A program made the translations under genes and the position numbers. Positions 13,442 to 25,220 of a stretch of 64,000 nt of DNA are shown in pieces (position 1 is the first letter of the stretch; each line of letters starts with the position of its first letter). The notes under the pieces are model-generated. The model did no database searches and was not told where the DNA came from. It worked only from the letters and a program-made list of their open reading frames with translations. Origin of the DNA: Thalia democratica (Eukaryota); assembly GCA_965202585.1 (NCBI GenBank), contig OZ241831.1:60884001-60948000 (forward strand). Direction: 5' to 3'.

Positions 13442-15253
13442 AATTTCAACAAAATTTTTGCGTGTTAAAAAGCAGTTAATTTTTTTCAAAAAAAAAATGC
13501 TTTTCATTTAAAGTCAATTCACTATTTTAAAAACACTTTTACTTGAGTGACTGTTAAAGCATTCTACTGTTTAAATTTGTTGTGACTGTATTTTATTCAA
13601 AAATTTCAAATTTGTTTATTTACAAAGTTTTGTACATTAATTGCTAAAATTTCTTAGACTATTTGTACTTTTTTACATTTTTTGTAGTAACAATAATAAG
13701 TTCAATAATAATCCAACCGTTAATCGCGCTAATTTTTTATCATATGAGTATTATGCTAAATTTCTTTTGCCTTACAAACTTTAAAATTTGTCATTTTCTT
13801 AGTTTTTATTAAGTATTTTTTAATACTTTAAATTGTTATTTTAAATTTCCGTATTAACTTTTGTATTTTTTAAAATTTTTATTTAAAATTTTAGGTTTTT
13901 AAACAAAACATTTTTACTTCAAATCAGCTTTTTTTTTAAACAATTTTCTTTATTTACCAATATAGATTTTTTTAATTGCCATAACTGCTAGTTATTGCGA
14001 TACAAATTAGTTTAAGTCATAGTGCTGTAAACTGCCCTTATGTTATGCACTTGTTCTTTTATTAATAAACATATAAAATTAATCCAAGCTCTTTATATAT
14101 ATATCAAAAAAGTATGTAGAGTATATAGCTTGTATTAGTATAATATTTTGTAGTTTCGAAGGTTTGTATAATTTTTTTAATTACAATATAACCTAGTTTT
14201 TATTTTTTCACAAACTTTGAAACTTGAATTAAATGAATAAACCTAGAAGTACATAAGCAACTTACAAAAATAAATTTCTTTTTAGTTAACTATACTTACA
14301 AATTAAACATTGAAAATGGTTTAAAACTTAAAGATAAATGAAATAAGTAATACTAGTAACCTTTTAGATTTTTTTTCTCTTAAATAAAGTTTTATTTTAT
14401 GAAACAGTTAAAGTAGTTTAACATGAATTCCTTTAAATGTACAATTTCAGTCTTTGCTTTATATCATAGTCATTATTATCTAATAAAATATCTTTTCACT
14501 AAGTTAACATTTTTAGCTGCGAATATTCTTACTGCAAAAGCTTTAGTATAATTAGATTGTTATAAAACTTATAGCAGAAAATATTTTTAATTTAGTTTAA
14601 AAAAGTAAATTAAGCTTAAATCTTTAACAAACCAGTTAAACTGACCTTATTTTTTTTCATTTAATAAAAATTTAAGGTATATAAACAAATAAATTTTTGA
14701 TAAAAATTTTCATAAAAAAAAAAATTGTTAAAATAAGTAAGTAAATTGTAAATTAAACACTTATGTAGTTTTTCACTTTAATAAAATTTTTGCAGGAACA
14801 AAAAAAAAATTTGACTTTAAGAAATATAAGACAAGACGTGAAAGTTAGTTAAAACTTAAAAAATTAACATGCATTATTAAAGTTTTAAAATTAAGTGAAT
14901 TACTTAAGCGTACGATTTTGGCTTATAAATTTCTTTTTTCTTCTAGCTCTCTCACTTTTGGGCTAAAACTTTGCGTCTATTTGTAAAGTTCTTAAATGAA
15001 GAGAATAACTCGAGCGCGCTCCAGCGTACCACTCACTTTTCACTTTAGTTTCTTTTATTTCTCCAAATTTCTCTCAATTTACTATAGAGCTTTAAAGCGC
15101 GTGTTTACAATTAAAACAGCTGTATTTAACTGCCATCTTGACTATACCATGTCTGGCATCTATCATGGTAAATCGTGTTTTGTTTGCATATCTGCAGAAT
15201 AAAAATTAAGCATTAAAAAAACTCAGTGTTTTGAAGTGTTTATATATATATAT

Positions 15254-15810
15254 TAGAGTGCTTATACGGTGACCTTTGTGTTTACAGCTAAAAATTTTTT
15301 ACATTTGGCAATTATCACAAAAGAACCCTGTGCAAAGTTTTAGCCAATAAAAAAAAACTTCCATGTTATCACCATCAGATTTTTTAAAAACTACCCCAAT
15401 GCAATCTGTAATGAACCAAATAATAAGGTCTTAAAGTTTTAAGTGAAACTTTTTCTAGTGGCAATTATCATTAAAAATGGTTCTAAGTAATTTTTTGAGA
15501 AAGTTTTAAATTTCAGGTTTGTTTTTCAAAAAATCAAGAACTGCTTTAATAAATAAAATTTTAATCGTCTTAAATCATGGACAATGTGTTTTGATAATAA
15601 TTGGCACAGAAAAAATTCAAGCTAAAAACTTTAAGGCCGTATTTTTTGGTCCCATACAGATTGCATTGGGGTAGTTTTAAAAAATCTGATGGTGATAATA
15701 TAGAAGTTTTTTTTTATTGGCTAAAACTTCGCACAGGGTTCTTTTGTGATAATTGCCAAATGTAAAAAACTTTTAGCTGTAAACACAAAGGTCACTGTAT
15801 AAGCACTCTA
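15254..15810. mobile_element. Fold-back MITE (TAGAGTG termini, ~160-215-bp TIRs) in a (TA)n tract, hAT-like ends
   Basis: TAGAGTGCTTATACGGTGACC...GGTCACTGTATAAGCACTCTA; ATATATAT on both sides (compatible with an 8-bp TSD, but not diagnostic in a microsatellite). Confidence 0.75.
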
Positions 15811-15996
15811 ATATATATATATATATCAACACTTCAAAATAATTAGTTTTTTAAATGCTTAATTTTTATTCTGCAGATATGCAAACAAAACTCAATTTAC
15901 CATGATAGATGCTATGTAAGCTTCACATAAAAGCTCTAAGCACAAACTTACTCACTTAATCAGTTTATAAACACAATATACTGCACCCTATCACAA

Positions 15997-16069
15997 GTTT
16001 CCGTAGTGTAGCGGTTATCACGTTCGCCTAACACGCGAAAGGTCCCCGGTTCGAGCCCGGGCGGAAACA
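15997..16069 (+). tRNA. tRNA-Val: tRNA-Val(AAC)
   Basis: Identical to the 2333 copy; anticodon AAC; T5 terminator. Confidence 0.96.
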
Positions 16070-16546
16070 TTTTTATTGAATTAACCATCAATAATAGAAT
16101 GAGGTAAATTAATTTGGCCAAATTTTAAACAGCCACTCTTATAACTTATTAGAGGATTATTTGTTCCATAACTCTATAAAGACCCTGTTTTAAACTTTAA
16201 TTGACAATCTATGTGTCAAATTATTTTATACTCTACTTTGAAAATAGTTTTTATAAAATATATTGTAATGTTAAACTACATTAGGACCTGCAAGGTAACA
16301 ACAAATAAAAGTTTAATTAATTGAACAGATTTAACTATCATAGTCAACTAGGACGCATAAAAATAGAAATAAAGCATAATGAAATGAAAACATTAGAATA
16401 CAAAGAAACATTAGAATATTTGTATGATCGTCAATAGTTTTTTTTTCAAACTGTTAATAAATAGCTAAACAATTATCTCATGAGAAATCTTTTACATTTT
16501 TCAAAAGACCAACTATTTACTGTTGTACCTGTAAACTTGTAAACTT

Positions 16547-16883
16547 CAGGTAGGCAACGTTTTCAGTCGGAGGGCCAGATGTTGAAAAATTTAGTCCTTG
16601 GCGAGCCTGAACATTTTAATTTCGTTAATTTCACAAAAAAAATTATCCAATTCGTTTTGACAAAACTATTTCTATGTAGTTTTTTTACTATATCTAGTGT
16701 CAGTTTAAAATCTACCATAAGTTGTACCTAATAACTTTTTTGCTATTCATTTTGAATCTCAGAAAATATAGTATGAATTTCATGCGCTAGATTTATATGC
16801 TTTTGCGGGCCGCAGTTTTACCTTTTGCGGGACGGATTTCACTAAATTTTTGTTAACATTGGCAGGCCGTACGTTGCCCATTG
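16547..16883. mobile_element. Decayed hAT (Charlie-like) non-autonomous element
   Basis: CAGGTAGGCAACGT...ACGTTGCCCATTG imperfect TIRs; GC-rich GCGGGCCGCAG subterminal motifs. Confidence 0.5.
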
Positions 16884-17709
16884 TTACCTAAATCTGTTTA
16901 GTCAATTTTCAAACGTGTTTCTTATACATGTGACAACAACGTTAACTCTAGTTTTTAATTGATAAAATTGCTCTTGTAAAGGCTCTTAAATCTGACCATG
17001 CAGTCAAATTACACTGTTTTTATTTTGTTTTAATATTGAGCATTGACAGTGTTTTAAGTGCATAGAAGAGTTTTACTGATATCATTATAGGAACTCACAC
17101 CAAGTAGTAAATTGTTATTTTTTGTAAACTCAAACATGATTTTAAACGCCGTACAAACGTTTAAAAAAATATTTTAAATTTTCTAAACATGTGTAAAAGT
17201 TTGTATTTAATAATTTTTTTTTTAATATACTTATGACAAAATTTATAGAATAACATTCGATTTTATGTAATAGTATTATTGTCTACTCATTAGTATTTTT
17301 ATTTTGTCAAATTTGTAGAACAAATTTTAGCTCACTATTTTTGCAGAATATCAAAACACAAAAAATTATAAGAAAGAAAAAAATAAACTGCTGTTACACT
17401 GACATATATGAAATAGTTTAGCTGTATAAATTTGAAAATAAAATAACTTAATTTATAGACTTTTTTCATTGTCTTCCACTTATTTAGATAACGTATATTT
17501 GACAGTCCTTAAAGTTTTTGCTCAATTTTGTGCACATTTTGATTATTTTTTAAATATTATATTATAATAACAAATTAAAGTGCTTTTTCTGTTTAATAGA
17601 ACGGTAAAACAATTGTATTGTAAAACTTAGTGTTTACAAATTAAACTTAACTAAACTAGAACCATAAACTTGAACAGTATATAAGTTATTTTATAAATAT
17701 ATATATATA

Positions 17710-17878
17710 AACTTATGTTTCACAAAGCTTTAATTTTTCATAAAGCTTTGATCATCAGCCAGTTAAATTCAAAATAAAAAGCACTGTACTAAACAAAGTG
17801 ATGATCAAAGCTTTATGAAAAATTAAAGCTTTGTGAAACATATGTTCCAGAATTTTTAAAATCGCCATTTGAATAAAT
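17710..17878. mobile_element. Truncated copy of the 201-bp TA-flanked MITE
   Basis: Mirror of 31156-31356 lacking about 30 bp of one TIR. Confidence 0.65.
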
Positions 17879-18083
17879 TATTTAAAAGCCCTTCAAGTGG
17901 GCTCAGTTGAAAGTGTTTAAGTTTAAACATTAACCTTATTTTATATATATATATATATATATATACAGTTTTTGAACATGTTTAATAATTTTTTATATCG
18001 AATTTTAAACTAATGTAATGGTAAGTTATTACAGAATATACTTTAATGAAAAAAATAGCTAACAAAATTTAAAACTAAAAAGC

Positions 18084-18155
18084 CTCCCCGTCGGGAAATC
18101 GAACCCCGGTCGCCCGCGTGACAGGCGGGAATACTCACCACTATACTAACGAGGA
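18084..18155 (-). tRNA. tRNA-Asp: tRNA-Asp(GTC), C61>T variant
   Basis: TCCTCGTTAGTATAGTGGTGAGTATTCCCGCCTGTCACGCGGGCGACCGGGGTTCGATTTCCCGACGGGGAG; anticodon GTC; B-box/T-stem C61 changed to T. Confidence 0.88.
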
Positions 18156-19619
18156 CTTGTAACATTGTGATTTGTTTAGATTATAAACTTAATATGCTTT
18201 AAAATTGTACTTAAGCTTAAGCACACTTGTTTACAAAACAATAAGCACTGAGTTGGCTGTGTATGGTTAAATTTGTATGCACGAATAGTTTGATTTTGTG
18301 TGGTTTATGGTAATTTATTTTTATTACAGTATAGTTATCTGAATTATTCATACTATTAGAACTTTAATGTGTTTTTATTCAAATTATTTAGTATAGCTTT
18401 AAAAATGATAATTTATCAAAAATACAATAATTTGATTTTAGTTAAAAAAAGCGTTGAACTTTTTTTTCTTGTATTCTTTTAATTCTATTTAAAAAATTAT
18501 TTAGTTTCTTCTATTTAAAAAAATCTATAGTGATTTATTTTTGAATAAAAAAGCTTACATTTATTATCATGTTATTAAAAATTAATGCTGCCTAGCTGAT
18601 TACTTTTTAGAGGAATTAATGAAAACACTAACCATTCATGATGTTTGTTTTCTACTTAAAATTTTTATAGTAATTCTATTCATATACGAAAGTGAATACT
18701 TAAATTTAAGTTCAATAAATAAAATTTTACTACCATAAAATTAAATTTAAAACTATACAGTTTAAAAAAAGAAATTAAATATAATAATTAAAGCCCAAGT
18801 TTAAATTTTAGTTTGTACCTATGTTTTCATTAATTTTTAGTTTGTTGTATTTTTATATTTTAACATACAAATAGTGATACCTAGTAATGTTTATTTGAAG
18901 ATAATTACAATACTATTTATATCACTAACTCTTTAGATAGGATATTTTATTATTAAAAAACTTTTTTTTTTGCAAGTTATGATTTGAAAATTGCCTATGT
19001 TATATGATTTTGTATCATAACTGGTTGTAATAAGTTATTTAGATAATTTGAATATTAGAAAATGAAATTTAATAAAACTCAGCTATTAGTAAGATGTTAA
19101 AATTTAAGTTTATTTCAAACTTTTTATCTAGAAGTTAAGATAGCCTTGGTTTAGCAATTGAAAAATTTAAGTTTTACAATAAATATTAAGTTACAGAGTT
19201 TTGAAAAGTTCATATAACTTTGTAAAGTGTTGTTTTAGGGTAGTATGTTTTTCTTAAGTAAGAATTGCTTAGAGAATAACAAAGTTATACATATTCACCA
19301 ATTTAGTTCTGATAACACACTATTAATAACAAGAAAAATCTTTCGAATAGTATGTATTTGGGAGGGAGGCCTTTTACAACGTTTAGAGTTTATGTCTGCT
19401 AACAAGTGCTATCAAATTAAATATTTTATCATTTAAAATATAAGGTCAAAGAAAACTCAAACAACAACTTATCTTGACTAGAGTTAGTATATTAGTTAGT
19501 AATAAATAACATTTGCATGTCAGTTATGGTTTTTTTCGCTTATTTATTGAGCTCTCAATGGTTTTCACAAAATCGGGTGGATTTTGATAGTATACCCTTG
19601 AAAGCAATTGTTTAAAGTT

Positions 19620-19683
19620 GGTTACTAGTTGGTCTGAGAGAATGTTATGTCAAGGGTCTCAGGTTTAAATTTCGGTCGAGCCC
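19620..19683 (+). pseudogene. Decayed tRNA-Pro upstream of tRNA-Lys
   Basis: GTTGGTCT...GGGTCTCAGGTTTAAATTTCGGTCGAGCCC-TTTTT aligns to the intact Pro at 37080-37151; same 81-nt spacing to Lys; anticodon arm lost. Confidence 0.7.
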
Positions 19684-19687
19684 TTTT

Positions 19688-19745
19688 TGACGTCAGTAAA
19701 TTCATTATTACGTCATAGCATCGTCACAAAGGTTTTATAAACTCA
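19688..19745 (+). promoter_or_regulatory. Conserved upstream block of Lys-CTT genes (CRE-like TTACGTCA at about -57 to -50 and TATA-like TTTATAAA at about -30)
   Basis: ATTATTACGTCATAGCATCGTCACAAAGG(C/T)TTTATAAA recurs with minor changes upstream of all 7 Lys genes, including those whose other flanks have diverged. Confidence 0.55.
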
Positions 19746-19764
19746 ACAAGTATAATTCCAACGT

Positions 19765-19837
19765 GCCCGGCTAGCTCAGTCGGTAGAGCGTTGGACTCTT
19801 AATCCAACGGTCGTGGGTTCGAGCCCCACGTTGGGCG
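19765..19837 (+). tRNA. tRNA-Lys: tRNA-Lys(CTT)
   Basis: Identical to the 1557 copy. Confidence 0.96.
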
Positions 19838-20041
19838 CATCTTTTTTGTCTTAATATTTAAAGATAGTTTTCATTTCTCCGTATAGATTTTTTAAGCAAC
19901 AAGGTATTATACCTACTTTTTCAAAGCGTTTTACTTAAAGATAATTTCTTTTTCACTGCTGACTTGAGCTTTACGGCAATTCTAAACTTTTACAATGTTA
20001 TTGGTTGTTTTTTATAATGAAAGCAATATACGTATTTTTAC

Positions 20042-20240
20042 TAGGGTGCTTATTTTTACAGCCACTTTTGATTTTCCGGCTGGATAAAATTTTATGCTTC
20101 GGAGATGTCATAAAAAGACCCTGTGCAAATTTTTAGATGATTTGAAGAAAGTTTTACCGTGGGACCAACCAATTTTCTAAAAACCACCACAATGCAAAAT
20201 GTGTAGAATCCAAATAATGCGATTTAAAAGTATATAAGTG
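20042..20240 (+). mobile_element. Half element related to the TAGAGTG fold-back MITE
   Basis: TAGGGTGCTTAT...AAAGACCCTGTGCAAA...AAAAACCACCACAATGCAA, colinear with the arm of 15254-15810; mirror copy at about 28800-28999. Confidence 0.5.
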
Positions 20241-20342
20241 CTCTATATTTAAACTTTTCTTCGCAAAAAATAATTTTATTTTATATTATAGTTACCCCAT
20301 CAACTTACTAAACAACTTAAGTCAAAAAGTAAGTAACAAAAA

Positions 20343-20413
20343 TGCATTGTCCGGGAATCGAACCCGGGCCTCCCGCGTGGCAGGCGAGAATTCTACCACT
20401 GAACCAACAATGC
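20343..20413 (-). tRNA. tRNA-Gly: tRNA-Gly(GCC)
   Basis: GCATTGTTGGTTCAGTGGTAGAATTCTCGCCTGCCACGCGGGAGGCCCGGGTTCGATTCCCGGACAATGCA; anticodon GCC; compensated T7-A66 pair. Confidence 0.95.
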
Positions 20414-21510
20414 TTGTAAAGTGAGGGCATTGTTGCGTTAATAAACTCAAAATGCTTTTAAAATTGGCATCTGTCCCGTAAAATATTAGCTTTTAAGTAC
20501 AAATTTTAGCTTAAATTGCTTTTGTTCCTTTTAACTATAAGTGCTTTTGTCTTAAAAAGTTGTTTCGTACAACAACCTAACCTAAAATTAATAAATTTTA
20601 TACGGTAGTGGTTGTACATATCATGTATTCAGTAAATTACCTCAAAATTGATTTTTTTAACAAAATAAATTGATCCAATAAAGTAATACTATGTTAACGT
20701 TGCGTGTGTACAAATGCTCTTAATATTTCAAAGTGCTTAAGGGTATCATAAGCTGTTCAATAATAGTGTAATCTAACAAAACTTGTTTGAAATAAAAAAC
20801 ATAATAAATGTTTTTACAATAAGTGAATAATAAAATAAAAGCTATCTTTTATAAAAAATAAAAAATATTTCTGAAGGCAAAAAATAATGCAGTTGTAGAA
20901 ATAAATAAAAAATGTTTGTATAATCAGATGTAAAAAAATATAGTATTTACAACTATTATGTTTTAAAAAAAATATTGACAAACAGTATTGGCTCAACTAA
21001 TGGTTTAAACTAAAATTAACATATATAGTTAGTGCCCCAACTGAAACCAATGAAAGTAAAAAAAATAGTTTGTATGGAAATTAAATCCGTTATAATCCAA
21101 GATGGTAAACTATTTATCACTAAGAGAAAAGCCAGTTATAAACATAAGAAAATCTTGTTGTTCTTATAGCTATGATAAATAGAAATTTATAGAAAGTTAC
21201 GTACAAAAACATGAAATTATTTTACATGCCCACAATTTATAGTGTAGTCTTTTTAGTTTTTGGTTCTTGGCAATAACTCGACAATTAAGTAGTTTAATGC
21301 TATTATTTATTTTGTAAAACGATAATTAAACAAAAGTTATGTGCTATCACTATAAAAATTAAGCAATGATGTATAATTTAATTCTAATACAACCCCAAAA
21401 CAAAAGAAATTTGAGCAAAATCTGTACTTAAAAACAAATGCGTTGTGGCTAGTTGCCAATTTTACATTTAATTTAAATTTATAAATGCAATAAACCTTTT
21501 ATTAGCAGAA

Positions 21511-21580
21511 GCATTGTTGGTTCAGTGGTAAATTCTCGCCTGCCACGCTGGAGGCCCGGGTTCGATTCCCGGACAACGCA
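21511..21580 (+). pseudogene. tRNA-Gly(GCC) pseudogene
   Basis: 1-nt deletion in the D-arm (GGTA-AATTC), G>T in the anticodon stem (GCTGG), acceptor mismatch (ACAACGC). Confidence 0.8.
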
Positions 21581-21995
21581 CTTTTGTGTTACCAATTTTC
21601 TTTGTTTAATTAATTTATTAATAAAGCAGGTCATAGACTAAAATTTCATTTACCCATTAATGGTTTAACAAAACTTTTGTAACGGTATATGCACGTTTAG
21701 TTAAAAATGATAAATAAGTATGTATCGTTACAATTTTCAAACACATAGTGCACAGTTTGTAAGTTTCAAAACTTAGGCAACCCTGATCAAACCAAAAGTA
21801 GTATAAACTGGTTAGCAAATATTTGTAACTTTCTTATCAAACCAACCCAAATATATTTTATAGGAATATTTTATTGGTAAAAAATCCATAACACATCTTT
21901 TTAAACTAAAATAACCTTAAAACAAAATTTAAGTTGGTTGTTGTGTTTAAAAAACCAACAAGAGTTATGATTTCATAAACGTTATTAAAGGGGTG

Positions 21996-22068
21996 CGCCC
22001 AACGTGGGGCTCGAACCCACGACCGTTGGATTAAGAGTCCAACGCTCTACCGACTGAGCTAGCCGGGC
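21996..22068 (-). tRNA. tRNA-Lys: tRNA-Lys(CTT)
   Basis: Identical to the 1557 copy, reverse strand. Confidence 0.96.
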
Positions 22069-22931
22069 ACGTTAGGAACGATCCTGTTGAGTTTATAAGG
22101 CCTTTGTGACGATGCCATGACGTAATTATGAATTTAGTGAGTTCAAATAAGGATCGGATTTTTATGGGTTCACTAGTTGTCGCAAAATTTTGCAAAAATT
22201 GCTTTAGTAATTCAACTTTTTTGTCATTTCTGACGCATAGTTGAATCTTTTTTGTACAATTTTTTGGTAAGGTCTTTTCAAAGATAAAATTAAGAAATTA
22301 TTCAATTTTATTTTTACATGACGTTATTTTTTCATCTTTTTTTAAAGAACATTTTTTATATAAATAGTTTAATTATGGGCTCCCTATTTAAGCAAATCCT
22401 ATAGCTTATTTTTTACCTTTTAAATGGTAAATTTTAATTGTAAGCCCTGATTCGATTACTTTCTAAATAACTGAAATAAATAACTAAAATAAAAAACAAC
22501 CTAACAGATTATCTATATTTTAATATATTATGATTTAGTCTTTTTTATTGACATTTTTACACAGGTACTGATATTTATTAATCAATTTTATTTTAATAAT
22601 GAAACATTTATATTACATTTTCAATTTACCTGCCTACAATAGATAAAAATAGAGCATTACACTTATCTATTAAACAGTAGTGACAATAATAAACACTACA
22701 TACTTAATCCATTTAAGTTTAGTCTAAAAATGTACATAAAATGAACAACAGAGTACTCTAAAACTTGTTTGTTAAATTAATATTGAGAAGCAATAATGGA
22801 AACTATGTTTTTTTTAAAACCAATTTTTATCACACAATAACTTAATTTATTATCATAGTTAATCTTAAAACAAAATATTATTGACTTACACAAAGTTTTA
22901 AGATTAACTGGGATATTACAAAATAAAAATG

Positions 22932-23013
22932 CGTCGTCGGCAGGATTCGAACCTGCGCGGGCAGAGCCCAATTGATTTCTAGTCAATCGCCTTAACCACT
23001 CGGCCACAACGAC
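22932..23013 (-). tRNA. tRNA-Ser: tRNA-Ser(AGA)
   Basis: GTCGTTGTGGCCGAGTGGTTAAGGCGATTGACTAGAAATCAATTGGGCTCTGCCCGCGCAGGTTCGAATCCTGCCGACGACG; long variable arm; anticodon AGA. Confidence 0.96.
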
Positions 23014-23659
23014 TTGTGCCTCATTTCATGTTTAACAGTTTATAAAGCTGTTATTTGTAAATAGCTTACTAATAATTTTGTAGCTATACACAAGTTTAAT
23101 TGAGTTTTAGGCTTTTTAAAGCTTGTAGAAAAAGAATATTTCAAACTCAAGTATTCTTGAGTAATTGTTGTTAATCAAGATTAAGTTTTAAACTTTTCCA
23201 ATATCTTTAAATTATATATATATATAGTAATTTCTTAGATTGTTGTTAGAATGTTTCTATGCAACTTGTTTTTGCAGAATTTATTAATTTTCTCAAATTC
23301 ATGTTACACATTTTATTGAACAATTTTTGCTATTTAAATGAAAAAATAGCAACCATTATCAAAATATTTGTTTTAAGAAAATCAAGCACGTAATATATAA
23401 AATACTTATGCATTAGCATCAAAATTGACTATCTAAATTAACTTTGTTTAATACTTCATATTGTGTATGTTTGTAAAATTTGTAAAATATAATTCTATAG
23501 ACTTTATTTTGCTTAGATGATCGGTGAAAGTAACAGCCTAACTATTGTAAGAAAACTTACAGAAAATTATTTATTTTACTTTGAAATAAATAGTTTTGGT
23601 CTTTTTAGACTACGGTTTTTTTATGATACAGTTGTTTCCCCATCCTAGTAAAACTAAGC

Positions 23660-23820
23660 TAAGGGTTGCCAAATTTTTTCCAGGTATTCAAAATTTCTTC
23701 CAGGTTTTTAAAATTACATGTTTGAAGGTCTATTTTTATTATTTAGTTTTATTTTAATTTTAAAGTAAAGAACTATGTTGAATAGAATCACGACATTAAG
23801 AATATATCTTAAAGCTTATT
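23660..23820 (-). mobile_element. 3' fragment of the CAGGGTTGCCAC-family MITE (mirror at about 25225-25385)
   Basis: AGGGTTGCCAAATTTTTTCCAGG...AAAATTACATG matches the 3' end of 4373-4762 in reverse. Confidence 0.55.
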
Positions 23821-23826
23821 TATATA

Positions 23827-25220
23827 CAGTAACCTCTCGTGTCTTTACGCACTCGTGAGTTACGCACTCTCGTTTAGTTACGCATTTTAGAATTCTAACA
23901 AATTCAAAAAATAAAAATTTCAATTTATTTTAATATTGCACAAATTAGGTTTTTTGTATCTTTTCAATTTAGAATAAGTTTTTAGGTGCTAACTATCCTC
24001 CATATATCTTTAGACTTTGTAAACTTATGTTCCTTGACTAATTGATAAACATTTAGTTATACCTCAGTATATCAGAAATTTTGTTAACAATAAGAGATTA
24101 AATTAAAAATCTGAAAGAAATATGACTTTGTTAAATAATGAAAGTATAATGAAATAATGAGAGTTAATAACACAAATAAAGAAAACAAATAAACAATAAA
24201 CCACCCTTGCCCTATATATGAATAAACATCTGAAAAAGAAATTTAATGAAACTTCCTAGCAAAAAGTAGCAGTGATACTTAATAAATATAGAGCTTACAC
24301 TTATCACGAAACTCAATTGCTTTTTTTTAGTAAAAATATCATTAATTTTTAATTTTACTTAAGAAAATTGCATTCAATTAGATCTAAATTATAATTTTTA
24401 GTTTATAAACATAACTTAACAACTTAGTTACAATTATTTCTATTTATCAGTTGTAACATGTAGGATTTATTACTACTTTCAGTAACTGTAATTACAAATA
24501 AGTATTGAATTTTCACTTTGAATTTCACATGTGAAAATTCAATACTTATTTGTAATTACAGTTACTGAAAGTAGTAATAAATCCTACATGTTACAACTGA
24601 TAAATAGAAATAATTGTAACTAATTTGTTAAGTTATGTTTATAAACTAAAAATTATAATTTAGATCTAATTGAATGCAATTTTCTTAAGTAAAATTAAAA
24701 ATTAATGATATTTTTACTAAAAAAAAGCAATTGAGTTTCGTGATAAGTGTAAGCTCTATATTTATTAAGTATCACTGCTACTTTTTGCTAGGAAGTTTCA
24801 TTAAATTTCTTTTTCAGATGTTTATTCATATATAGGGCAAGGGTGGTTTATTGTTTATTTGTTTTCTTTATTTGTGTTATTAACTCTCATTATTTCATTA
24901 TACTTTCATTATTTAACAAAGTCATATTTCTTTCAGATTTTTAATTTAATCTCTTATTGTTAACAAAATTTCTGATATACTGAGGTATAACTAAATGTTT
25001 ATCAATTAGTCAAGGAACATAAGTTTACAAAGTCTAAAGATATATGGAGGATAGTTAGCACCTAAAAACTTATTCTAAATTGAAAAGATACAAAAAACCT
25101 AATTTGTGCAATATTAAAAAAAATTGAAATTTTTATTTTTTGAATTTGTTAGAATTCTAAAATGCGTAACTAAACGAGAGTGCGTAACTCACGAGTGCGT
25201 AAAGACACGAGAGGTTACTG
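23827..25220. mobile_element. Tc1/mariner (pogo-like) terminus mirrored by the palindrome centre, forming a 1.4-kb fold-back
   Basis: TA|CAGTAACCTCTCG ... CGAGAGGTTACTG|TA; subterminal TACGCACTC/GTTACG repeats at 23846-23885. Confidence 0.5.

Larger units (their letters stand above)
2498..15155 (+). mobile_element. Full-length hAT DNA transposon, 12,658 bp
   Basis: Perfect 8-bp TSD GCATCTAT at 2490-2497 and 15156-15163. Termini CAGAGATGTTA and (reverse complement) CAGACATGGTA match at 9/11. Internal hAT transposase gene. The empty site is visible in the mirrored copy (ATAGCATCTATCATGGTAAAT near 33148-33170). Confidence 0.9.

Noticed and set aside
20814-20996. Short ORFs duplicated across the palindrome (e.g. 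20814-20996 / 28046-28321) and other F/L/I/K-rich 60-80 aa ORFs
   Set aside because: Composition reflects AT-rich non-coding DNA; no motifs; the frame is not preserved between arms.
22777-23007. ORF MAEWLRRLTRNQLGSARAGSNP… (also 26038-26241, 30797-30979, 58263-58502)
   Set aside because: These are translations of tRNA genes (Ser, Asp, Arg) running into AT-rich flanks. Only the exon-3 part of 58263-58502 is genuinely coding.
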